Of a stretch of 64,000 nucleotides of DNA, positions 23,892 to 35,200 are shown in pieces. A program made the position numbers and the translations under genes. Location of the stretch: NCBI RefSeq assembly GCF_964213995.1, contig NC_135818.1, positions 76,694,001 to 76,758,000 on the forward strand, in the 5' to 3' direction. The notes under the pieces are model-generated. The model saw only the letters and a program-made list of their open reading frames with translations. It did no database searches and had not been told where the DNA came from. How positions within the stretch are numbered: position 1 is the stretch's first letter; each line of letters begins with the position of its first letter. This DNA comes from Mustelus asterias (taxonomy: Eukaryota).

Positions 23892-26025
23892 CAGATATGG
23901 GAACAGAAACTGTCAGGGAAAGGCACTGATGAAAAGTGGAACTTTTTCAAGGAACAAATACTGGGTGTCCTTGATAGGTATGTCCCTGTCAGGCAGGGAG
24001 GAAATGGCCGAGTGAGGGAACCGTGGTTCACAAAAGAGGTGGAATGTCTTGTGAAAAGGAAGAGGGAAGCTTATGTAGGGATGAGGAAACAAGGTTCAGA
24101 TGGCTCGACTGAGGGTTACAAGTTAGCAAGGAACGAGCTGAAAAAGGGGCTGAGGAGAGCTAGGAGGGGACATGAGAAGTCCTTGGCGGGTCGGATCAAG
24201 GAAAACCCCAAGGCTTTTTACTCTTATGTGAGGAATAAAAGAATGACCAGGGTGAGGTTAGGGCCGGTCAAGGACAGTGGTGGGAACTTGTGTATGGAAT
24301 CAGTAGAGATAGGCGAGGTGATGAATGAATACTTTTCTTCAGTGTTCACCAAGGAGAGGGGCCATGTTTTTCAGGAAGAGAAGGTGTTACAGGCTAATAG
24401 GCTGGAGGAAATAGATGTTCGGAGGGAGGATGTATTGGCAGTTTTGAATAAACTGAAGGTCGATAAGTCCCCTGGGCCTGATGAAATGTATCCTAGGATT
24501 CTTTGGGAGGCGAGGGATGAGATTGCAGAGCCTTTGGCTTTGATCTTTGGGTCCTCGCTGTCCACGGGGATGGTGCCAGAGGACTGGAGAGTGGCAAATG
24601 TTGTTCCTCTGTTTAAGAAAGGGAATAGAAATGACCCTGGTAATTATAGACCGGTTAGTCTGACTTCGGTGGTTGGTAAATTGATGGAAAAGGTCCTTAG
24701 GGATGGGATTTACGACCATTTAGAAAGATGCGGATTAATCCGGGATAGTCAGCACGGATTTGTGAAGGGCAAATCGTGCCTCACAAATTTGATAGAATTT
24801 TTTGAGGAGGTAACTAGGTGTGTTGATGAAGGTAGGGCGGTTGATGTCATATACATGGATTTTAGTAAGGCGTTTGATAAGGTCCCCCATGGTCGGCTTA
24901 TGATGAAAGTAAGGAGGTGTGGGATAGAGGGAAAGTTGGCCGATTGGATAGGTAACTGGCTGTCTGATCGAAGACAGAGGGTGGTGGTGGATGGAAAATT
25001 TTCGGACTGGGGGCAGGTTGCTAGCGGAGTGCCGCAGGGATCGGTGCTTGGTCCTCTGCTCTTTGTGATTTTTATTAATGACTTAGAGGAGGGGGCTGAA
25101 GGGTGGATCAGTAAATTTGCTGATGACACCAAGATTGGTGGAGTAGTGGATGAGGTGGAGGGGTGTTGTAGGCTGCAAAGAGACATAGATAGGATGCAAA
25201 GCTGGGCTGAAAAATGGCAAATGGAGTTTAACCCTGATAAATGTGAGGTGATTCATTTTGGAAGGACTAATTTAAATGTGGATTACAGGGTCAAAGGTAG
25301 GGTTCTGAAGACTGTGGAGGAACAGAGAGATCTTGGGGTCCATATCCACAGATCTCTAAAGGTTGCCACTCAAGTGGATAGAGCTGTGAAGAAGGCATAT
25401 AGTGTGTTAGCTTTTATTAACAGGGGGTTGGAGTTTAAGAGCCGTGGAGTTATGCTGCAACTGTACAGGACCTTGGTGAGACCGCATTTGGAATATTGCG
25501 TGCAGTTCTGGTCACCTCACTATAAGAAGGATGTGGAAGCGCTGGAAAGAGTGCAGAGGAGATTTACCAGGATGCTGCCTGGTTTGGAGTGTCGGTCTTA
25601 TGAGGAAAGGTTGAGGGAGCTGGGGCTGTTCTCTCTGGAGCGGAGGAGATTGAGGGGAGACTTAATAGAGGTTTATAAAATGATGAAGGGGATAGATCGA
25701 GTGAACGTTCAAAGACTATTTCCTCGGGTGGATGGAGCTATTACGAGGGGGCATAACTATAGGGTTCATGGTGGGAGATATAGGAAGGATATCAGAGGTA
25801 GGTTCTTCACGCAGAGAGTGGTTGGGGTGTGGAATGGACTGCCTGCAGTGATAGTGGAGTCAGACACTTTAGGAACATTTAAGCGGTTATTGGATAGGCA
25901 CATGGAGCACACCAGGATGGTAGGGAGTGGGATAGCTTGATCTTGGTTTCAGATGAAGGTCGGCACAACATCGTGGGCCGAAGGGCCTGTTCTGTGCTGT
26001 ACTGTTTCTATGTTCTATGTTTCTA
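23892..26025 (+). mobile_element. Young 5'-truncated CR1 (HER1-like) LINE; uninterrupted ORF2 remainder (RT domain) in the TRIP11 intron before exon ~20
   Basis: Frame open from 23892 to 25940 (682 codons plus stop). Motifs KSPGPD, NYRPVSLTS, DFSKAFDKV, GVPQGSVLGP, FADD, RPHLEYC; 3'UTR hairpin gggccgaagggcc and a ttctatg repeat tail. No endonuclease domain is present. Confidence 0.95.
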
Positions 26026-26240
26026 AGTTAATGCAAAGCATGGTAGGCCAGATGGCCTCCTGCACAATCCAATTCTCTGGTTGTTGTGATTCTGATGCAT
26101 GGCCCTCTGTTACAAATCAAAGTAAATCTTCAGGTGGGCAAACTGGTTAAAAATGATCAGCATTATATGTTTTATTGGAGGTTTCAGTAATGATGAAGTA
26201 CGTTATCGTATCAGGTAATTCACTGCAATTTTCCCGACAG

Positions 26241-26388
26241 TCTTTTTCAGAAATGTTTGTGAAGTTCCTGGAAGTGGAATCTCGACCTTCCCTTCCTCCT
26301 CCAAAGCTTCCAGTTTACGATATGCACTCAATCGGAGCCACCTCTGGAAGCGGCCAACCATCCAGTAGCTTTTCTGGCCATTCTGCAG
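26241..26388 (+). CDS. TRIP11: TRIP11 exon (about exon 20), GA1-like motif: [49 protein letters not shown]
   Basis: ttttcccgacAG acceptor, CAG|GTACAG donor at 26388/26389; 148 nt; SFSE.FVKFLE.ES motif. The 3' boundary is less certain because there is a second in-phase GT 6 nt downstream. Confidence 0.9.
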
Positions 26389-26799
26389 GTACAGGTCTCC
26401 ATAGTGTTACATTCTGTATTTCTTCTGCAATTAATATTAAAATGCAGAGGGGTACAGATCCTCCAATAACTACAAGTATCAATGTTGGGTAATACTTGGA
26501 CTTTGTTTCGTATGGGACTGGAGGAACAATGAGAATCAAGACTCCTCCACCGGCCCTAGTCCATCTTCTTTTGCCGCAGCCCAGCAGGTGTCCCATTCTT
26601 GGAAGTCCTCCTCCAATGTACTTCACCAGGACGTCTTTGACCAGCCCCATCATCATCTTTAGCCCGATTTGAAAAGTGCAAAAAAAAACAGCACTGGTGT
26701 TCTCTAGAGAAGGAGAATTTCTATGCTTTTCAATTCTCTTAAAGTTTTATTAAACCTTGGTTAGATCGCAATGGGTACCTTGAATAATTTTGATCTCCA

Positions 26800-27570
26800 T
26801 ATTATAAAAATGGGATGGAGAGGCACTGGGGAAAACTAAGGATTTACAAGCATGACACCATAACTGAGAGATTATACTTAGCGGGAAGAAAGGCCTTTTC
26901 TCTAGAAAAGGGAAGACTAAAGAGTGATATGATGAGGTTTTATAAATTACGAGGGAATTTGATGTTGCATGGAAGAGGTAGATGTAGAGAAAAAGTTTCC
27001 ACTTGTGGGAGAGACCGGAACCAGGGGCCATGAGTATAAAATCAACCATCAATCCATTCAAGAATTCAGGAGATCCTTCTGGTAGGAATTTGGAACTCAC
27101 CACTTCATGGAGTAGTTGAAGCAAATAGTACAGATGCATCTAAGGGGAAGCTAAGCAATTATGAGAGTGAAAAGAATAGAATAGGTAGGATTTGGTGAAG
27201 AGAGGTGGAAGGATGCTCCTGTGAGCTGAATGTCAATTTCTTAACTCTATATCCTATGCAATATGGGCACACTCTGAAACCAGCCCTTGAAATTCATCAG
27301 TGTTCGTTACAGCATGCATGTATATTTGCGAAGGAAAGATTTCCAGGTATTGGGGAAAAGAGCAGGGACTAATGGGATAACTCTCTCAAAGAACTGGCAC
27401 AGTCAGTGAGTGGGATTTTCCCATCCTGCCAACCACAGGAATCGTAGCAGGCGAGGCATGGGCCATGCGAAGGTCCGTTGACCTCGGGCGGGATTTTCCG
27501 GTCTTGGAGCGAGCGTGGCTGGAAAAACCCGCCCAGTGAGTTTGAATGGCCTTCTCTGCCATTTCATTCC
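26800..27570 (+). mobile_element. Old CR1 3' remnants
   Basis: Degenerate ...tctagaaaagggaagactaaagagtgatatgatgaggttttataaa...ggaactcac...gtagttgaagcaaat...; no open frame. Confidence 0.6.
27408..27534. mobile_element. Harbinger-type MITE (127 bp)
   Basis: TIR gagtgggattttcc / ggaaaaacccgccc; TSD AGT on both sides. Confidence 0.7.
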
Positions 27571-28068
27571 GTGCTTTCTTTCAAATGATTTGAATTCCTC
27601 CTTTATTTAGTTGACCAACTGTTTATAGGGAAACGATTTGCCATGTAAATCCAGATGTTTTTGTGTCCTTACAGTGCAGAAGATGAATGCAGAGAACTTT
27701 GTTTTTAACTTTGTGTATATGGATGATGTCCGCTGATAAAATAAAGCCATTTACCAGAATGTTTCATTCCCAAACAGAAAGTTTTAAGAAAAGCCCTGGG
27801 AGCTTCCACTTTGACCTTTTCCTTATTATACTGGCCAGCCTGCATTAACTGGACTTGTGCCATTTTGGAGCGCAGAGCTCAGTGTCAGTATACAGTCACT
27901 TAAGTGTTTGAAAATATTTGTAGAGTAATGAATGTTCATATTACTGTAATCCCAATTAGTGAACAGCAGCAGCTGGATATACAGTACAAATTATTTCTGC
28001 ATTCAGTATCTTATTTAATTGGCATAGTAATTATTATCATGAATAATGCTGTTGAATTTTATTTGCAG

Positions 28069-28289
28069 GTCTATCAGGAGAAGGTCCAGTGAAAAAATCT
28101 GACTCCAATCCTTTCTTGGCTCCGCGATCTGCCGCCATCCCCCTCATCACATCGACAGTCACTAGTGGCGCTGGGACCCCCCATCTCCTCATGAAACCAA
28201 TCTCCAACGCCCTTCCCACCTTCACGCCTCTACCAGTGTCTCCAGATTCCAGTGCTGGGGCTGTACTTAAAGACCTCCTCAAGCAGTGA
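28069..28289 (+). CDS. TRIP11: TRIP11 terminal coding exon: [27 protein letters not shown]...[35 protein letters not shown]
   Basis: ttttatttgcAG acceptor; [10 protein letters not shown] and VLKDLLKQ-stop match the recalled vertebrate GMAP-210 C-terminus; TGA at 28287-28289. Confidence 0.96.
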
Positions 28290-30644
28290 AAATAAAACTG
28301 GAGCAACCTACTACAGCACTTTAAAGTGAAATGACACTATAGACTACTCTAGCACAGAGAGGCCTTCTGCAGTGTGCGCAAAGTCCCCCAAGTGTTATTT
28401 ATATCTTGTAAATGCGCTTCCTTCGGTTAGACAAGCTAAGCCCACAAAGGTTGCAAGGACGCCAGCCCACAATCCACTTGGGGAAGGATTGGCTCAAAAT
28501 GTAGAACATTTGCCATCTCTCAAAAAACATAATTCCGCGTTCTAGTACTAAGCACGCAAGGTGAGCTTAGGATATCTGGCAGTTAACAGTGATCTGTGTT
28601 GGGTAATCACAGTTCAAAATAAATGTACAGATGCTGCTGAGTTTCAGTATCCCTTCACAATCCTAATGGGATTTCTATCATTGCAAGCTGTACACACTAA
28701 TAGATTTCCATATAATCCTCTCTTAGGGGGGAAAAAAAATAAAATCTCTTCAATAGAGTTCCAAAGAAATACAATTGCAGTGTTGCATACTTGAAGCCTA
28801 CTATAACTGGACTGCCTCTTGTAAGTTGTTGTACTGTTGTATGTGGTACCTGCCATGGTAGTAAATGGTTTCTCTTGCTCTTTGTTGCTGCATTTAATCA
28901 CATGACCAGAATAGCACCAGTGGTGGCCAAGCTTCACTATGGCTCTTTTTTTGACTTTATTTAGGGACAAGAATGAAGTGATTAACTCTGCCTCCCACAC
29001 CCCTTCAAACTCCAGGAGGATCGAGAGATTTGGAGACAAAGCCCCTTAATAAAAAAACAAGTCTGCTAAGCAGTTGTGAATCTAAATATAAATTAAAACA
29101 TTGGTTTAATAAGGGAGTTTTTACTTTTCCTTAGACATATCCCACGATTGTAAAGCCTTGTAATAACCCATTAGCATTTTTTGTTATAGTTTTGAATTGT
29201 CAGGAATTTGGTTGTAAGATGCTTGTTTGAAATTAATGTTCTTATTTGATGGTGGAGTCATCTCAGCCCAAGATGTGCCTCCAAGGTTGTTCTTTTTTTC
29301 ATTTGCTGAGTGGGTATGTTTTGAGCATTTCTAGTTGCCCGATGTTCAGAAGCACAAGAGACTTTTCAGTTGAATCCCAGAGGTACAAAAGATTTCATTG
29401 AGCACTAAAATTGGAATAAATAACTTGGGCAGATACTTCAGCTGCATGAATAAAGAGTAGCAATCTTAAATCATGCCTGGAGAGTGTAATCTTAATGTGC
29501 TTGATGCAGGTTAGTGCCAAGAGATCTATAATTTGTGTGCAGATGATGTTGGTCTGATGATCTATCACGTTTTGTATTATGTTTCTATTGAAATAATTTG
29601 TACGTTTCTGGACCTCAGACTGTGGAGTCACTCCAGGTCATTCTGTTGTACATTATCCTAGTTGCATCTCGCTGTATCAGTGAGAGAGGCCACAATCACC
29701 AGCTTACAACAGAATCCTTTGTATAAATTATTTGCTGTTTTCACAACTTGTGTTCCATCTGAGATGCATCTACAGATTTCTCTCAACTGTTTGAGTTCTA
29801 AGTTATCCGTCATTGAATTAATGGATTGACATCTGGTGTGTAATGTGGTTAGCCTAAGCAGTAATATCTCTTGGATATATTAAAGTTCAATACAGAAACT
29901 TAATTTTGTCAACAATATTCAGGTTTTTTTATTAACATGACTTGGGAGTTTGTGTGTATGCGTCAAAATGCAAAACATGATCAAAACTGGAATCCTCAGT
30001 CTTGGGGTTGGCTATTTTTTCTGTATTTTGCAGCTGAGTTATTTAACATTATAAAAGACCCTGATTTGAGAATAGACATGATAAACTTCGCAGACTTCTG
30101 AAGAGCGATGAAGCTAAAGTAGTAATCTGCAAACTCAACTTCTCCAAAACTTATTTGTGACTCGAATAATGCAAACTAATTTTATTTTCCTGTTTGAGGT
30201 TCTAAGTTTATTTTTCTCCATTTTTCCTGAAAGTGGTGACTGGTTTTTCTGGGTGTCATTCCATGGCTGTGGGAGGCTTTCACTTATCTGGGTCAAGTGT
30301 CTGTTGTTCTATTGTAAGTGAATATGGTGACTCCGTAGGGTGGTTACACGCCAGCAGTACCACAGCTCTCCCAGAACTGTCCACGCATTCCACCTGGGGT
30401 TAGAATCCTGGTTGGGTTTATAGATTGGAATTTTAAATCAAATTAGTGCAAGTGAAGAGCATCATCGGCCCCACAAAATTTGCACTACTTTCCTTAGATT
30501 AGATCATTGAAGATAAGAAGACAAAATTAAATAAATGATTGAAATGGTTAAAACTATTGCTTTAGAAATGTTAGTATCAATGCAGCTACCCAGAAGGGTG
30601 ATGTGATGTTTGACTTTTTGTATAAGCCTTATTTGTTTGAGGTG

Positions 30645-31490
30645 GTGTCAACTTTGGATTGCATCTTAAGTCAGAAGAAAGACTTGCATTTCTAAAACAC
30701 CTTGCATGACCTCCGGGCTTCCCATGAGGTTTTACAGCCAATGCAATACTTTTGAACTGTACTCACTGTTGAATTTCAGAAAACAACTGTGGCCAATTTG
30801 TGCTCGGCAAGCTCCCACAAACAGCAAATGTTAATGACTCGATAATCTGTTTTCCGTTTGAGTTATTGATCAAAGGCTCTATGGTGGCCAGGACAGAGAG
30901 GATAATAACTCCCGGTTCTTTGAAGTAGTATCATGGGGATATTTTTTGTTCACTTTAGAAAGCAGACAGAGCCTTGGTTTGATGTTTCATCTGCACCTCT
31001 GGCAATGCTGCACTCCCTCACTAGTGCACTAGAATATCAGCCCAGATTTTTGTACTCCCAACATTTGGAGTGGAACTTGAATCCACAGCCTTCAGGTGAG
31101 AGACCTACTGACTGAATGTTGGCTAACACTTTGAAGATTTAAACTCCACTCCAGCATTTATTCTAAGCTAACTTTTCAGGGCATTGCTGGAAGAGTACTG
31201 TACTGTTGGAGGTGACATCTTTCAGATGAGATGTTAAACTTCTATTCTCTTGTTCATAGTTCTATTCAAAATAGTCAGGAGTTTTCAAGATGTTCTAGCC
31301 AATATATATCCCTCAGCCAAGCTGTGCACCCAAATCCTTTGTCTCATTACTGCTTTTGGTGCACTGCTGTGTACGCATTGGCTGTTGGATTTTCTACATT
31401 ACAACAGTGAATCCAATTCAGAAAAGCATCCCATTGACTTAACACTTGAGATGTGCACAGATCATGAAAGGTGTTTTTCAGTGCATGTTG
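30645..31490. mobile_element. Two Deu-domain SINEs: a minus copy (about 30677-31125) apparently inserted into the head of a plus copy
   Basis: The minus copy begins aagaaagacttgcatttcta; the plus-copy head ...aagtcagaag resumes at about 31130 (aaactccactccag...tgttggaggtgacatctttcagatgagatgttaaac). Confidence 0.65.
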
Positions 31491-32213
31491 TTTAATTTCT
31501 TAGCTCCCAATGTTGGATGTAACATATCTGTACACTTGGACTCTCAAATCTGTAAAGTTGAAACACTCAATCAGTGACCCATCCAGAAACTCTCTGGTAA
31601 CTTTTGTTGAAGATAAGATGGTAAGCATGCTGGATGTTGCAACACTATTCTGCATTTTCATGTAAAGCATTGCATCAGATGCTTTTAATTCCAGTGTAGC
31701 ATAGGTCATGCTCAGAATAAATCTGTGTCTCAACAATGGAACTTAATTTCAGAAGACTAGTTATATTATTTGATCTGTTTCTGCTCCAACCATTCTAGCA
31801 GCTTCTCTGTGAGACTGCCATTGCTTTCACTACACCTTCTGATCAGAAAGCATTGCATCTCATCTTGACAGTTAAACATGCAGAAACTTGGACAATGCAT
31901 TCATGTTTATTTGCGAGGCTGGAGAATTTAGATAAAGGATGACTTGTCAAGAATGTGCATGATGCAAAGAATATCTCCCTTGCTGGATCTACATTAGAAA
32001 CCAGTGCTAACTCTTGAGACTGAAGTTACCTTCTATTGACTGAGTGACCTCACTTTCATGTACGTGCTTTTTTACTCAAAAATACCCATCCTTTCCTACT
32101 CATAATTTAGTATTATCTTCACTCTTAATGACCAACAAGAATAGCTGAGGCTTTAGAGAAACGAATGCTTCAGTTAGAATAAGGTACTGGATGCTTCAAT
32201 GAAGGTGGGCACA

Positions 32214-32414
32214 GGAAGAATCCTCACAACACCAGGTTAAAGTCCAACAGGTTTATTTGGAATCACAAGCTTTTCCGAGCGCTGCTCCTTCATCAGGTGA
32301 GTGGAGCAGCGCTCCAAAAGCTCGTGATTCCAAATAAACCTTTTGGACTTTAACCTGGTGTTGTGAGACTTCTTACTGTGTCCACCCCAGTCCAACGCCG
32401 GCATCTCCACATCA
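32214..32414. mobile_element. Penelope-like inverted pseudo-LTR with a minimal hammerhead motif
   Basis: Inverted arms of about 75 bp; the minus strand of 32263-32300 reads TCAC-CTGATGA-AGGAGC-AGC-GCTCG-GAAAAGCTT-GTGA. Confidence 0.8.
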
Positions 32415-32856
32415 TTTCTGAAGGGTTATTGACCAGAATTGAAACAGCTTTAGAAATGTGTAATTAAACTCTCGGAGCTATGTAGTGAAGTGAGTGAAGT
32501 TGGACCAGTGTTCAAATAACAGGCTCGGATGCTGCTGCTTGAATTGAGTATTTACACTATGTTGAGTGTAATGCTGTTGTCAAGCCTTAGAGCTGAACAT
32601 TTTTTTGAATGGATCAATGAATAAATTGCACTAAATAATGTAGTGCTGAGCCATGCAGGTCCAAAAGACCCAGATTTGATTGGTGCCGGGCTACAATTGG
32701 CCTCAATATTTCTGGCCCTTAGTGAAAGTGTGCATGTTGGTCAGGTCATGATTGGGTTTAACTTGAAATTCCACACCAGCCCCACATAATTTACTCATCT
32801 GCTGACATTGATGCCAGTGCTGACACAAGAACAATGCCCACTCAGATGAGACGGTA

Positions 32857-33205
32857 GGGCGGCACGGTAGCACAGTGGTTAGCACTACTGCTTCACAGCT
32901 CCAGGGACCTGGGTTCGATTCCCGGCTTGGGTCACTGTCTGTGTGGAGTTTGCACATTCTCCTCGTGCCTGCGTGGGTTTCCTCCGGATGCTCCGGTTTC
33001 CTCCCACAGTCCAAAGATGTGCGGGCTAGGTTGATTGGCCATGCTAAAAATTGCCCCTTAGTGTCCTGAGGTGTGTAGGTTAGAGGGATTAGTGGGTAAA
33101 TATGTAGGGATATGGGGGTGGGGCCTGGGTGGGTTTGTGGACGGTGCAGACTCGATGGGCCAAATGGCCTCTTTCTGCACTTGTAGGGTTTCTATGGTTT
33201 CTATG
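32857..33205 (+). mobile_element. Full-length HE1-type V-SINE
   Basis: A/B boxes, V-domain, CR1-like tail. Confidence 0.9.
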
Positions 33206-33997
33206 AGACAATAAAAGGGCATCAAAACGTTGATCAAGATTGAGGTGCAGTCATAATAGAGAAGAGGAGGGTCAATCAGAGTTTAAATCTCAAATGTACA
33301 ATTGTTTTTCAGTGCGTTTAGTAGGAAAGTGAATGTGTCTCTCAATTTTATTTCTTCTTTACACGCCACTTTACTTTGTCTCTTCAGTTTCCCTGTTACA
33401 AATTAATATAGCTTTGTACTTTGTAGTTCCTTTATGAACATGTTTGCAACACCTGTCATTGTCAGTAGTAAGCTGTTTTTATTGTCCCTGATGATTGTAC
33501 CTTACAGCAGAATTTGTGCTTCCAGCAAATTAGAAAAACATTCATTTTGCCTCATCTGTACAAAGGAATGTGAGACAACGACTGATTTTTTTTAAAAAGC
33601 ATATATTTACTCTTCAACTGTTGAGATATGTTTAATATTGTTACAATACAGGTTGTTGGAAATAAGTGTTAAAATGTTTGCTATGTTCATTCAAGTCAAC
33701 CTTTCTCTGTCAATTTCTCTCTCTCAATTCTATTAAGCTCCATAATGTCAGTTTTTTTAAATCCTGGGGTGCCTCTGTCTACATAGAGTGCATATCAAAC
33801 TAGCTAGTGTGAAAAATCCAAAGAAATGTGTGCAATACCATGAATGCAGTGTTGCAGTTGCTGTGGGCATTGACTGGGGCACACGCTGAGCCAAATAATG
33901 TCATTATTATGTGTAAGTTGAAGGCCAAATGAATGATAATGATTGGATTAAATTCAGGCAAAGACTGAGTAGGATGGAACACCCCTCTCACAATTGG

Positions 33998-34310
33998 CGC
34001 AACTTGTATTTATATAGCACCTTTAATGCAGTAAAACATCCTAAGGCATTTCATAGGAGTGTTATTAAACACAATTTAATCCCAAACTACATAAGCAAAC
34101 AAAGGTGAGAAAACCCTTGGTCCAAGAGTTAGGTTTTAAGGAGCATCTTAAAGGAGAGAGAAGTGGAGGGGTGTAAAATGTGGATTTCAGAGCTTCAGGT
34201 TTGAAACAGCTGAAGGTATGGATGCTACTGATGGAGTGATTAAAATCGGTGATGTGGCAGAGGCCAGAATTAGAGGAAAGCAGAGGTCTCAGGGCTGTAG
34301 TGGTGGATAC
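33998..34310 (-). mobile_element. L2-like LINE 3' remnant
   Basis: caacttgtatttatatagcacctttaatg...aaaacatcctaaggc is the reverse complement of an L2-type tail (compare 14020-14075). Confidence 0.6.
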
Positions 34311-34915
34311 AATTTGAAAGTCTCATCTCAGGCAGATGTTGGGGAGCCTGTGTTCAATTTCTATAACCTGCATGTTCACAGCACAAGAGGCTTGGTATGG
34401 GAAATGGAAATCATCACTGGTGCAGTGGAGGGATTTTTCTGAACTTTGTATTTAAAAGGGAAGCAAACTAGGGAATAATTAACAATGCAAAATAATTCCC
34501 ACTTGTGCACTTTAATCATAAAGCTCAAATGGGGGAAGCACTATGTTGAATCATCACAGCAGAGGGTCAATGGTTTTAATCAAACGTGAGCCATTTTAGC
34601 TGCTCGACAGGTGGATGTACAGATTCATTCGGGTCCTGGGTGTTGAACTGAAGCAACCAGACATTTTAAAAGGTATCTACTACCTGAGTAACGCCCAAAC
34701 ACGTGAATCATTGCTTGTATTAATTTGACTGAGACCAGTTGGGCAGCTGTAAAAACAAAGTCTTGCTTTTAATGCTAATAAGACATCGATCACCTTTTCC
34801 CTTGCTTCCACATTGAGCTTCCAGCAAACTTAGAAAGGAAAGGGCCAATGACTGTTTCCCACAAAAATAAATTTATAGGACAGTGAGATTTTAAAATATT
34901 TATTATTTGATGTGC

Positions 34916-35200
34916 AGGTCAGGTATCCTGTATCCAAAACCCTCGGGGCCGATTGCATTTTGGATTTCAGATACTTCTGATTTCCGATATGAACTTGTAT
35001 CGCCATAACCTAAACTTAGACTTGCTATAGTCTAAAAGTAAAGAAAATGGCTTGAAAAGTAAGACTTATCACTGAATAATAAATGCTGAGTACTTGTACA
35101 TACAAACAACTAAACTTCCCCCACTAAAGGTCGATGAGGTTCAAAAAAAAGTTTTTTCGGATGCATTCAGTGTTCGGATTACAGACCATATTGACTTGAC
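34916..35200. mobile_element. Degenerate Tc1/mariner (Tigger-like) MITE
   Basis: caggtcaggtatcctgtatccaaaa...ttggatttcaga; the right end is ttcggattacagaccatattgacttg; resembles recalled Tigger4/MER46 termini. Confidence 0.4.

Noticed and set aside
24012-25940. Host RT gene, retron or domesticated reverse transcriptase
   Set aside because: Typical CR1 ORF2 motifs and 3' tail, 5'-truncated with no genuine ATG start or endonuclease; intactness is most simply explained by recent insertion.
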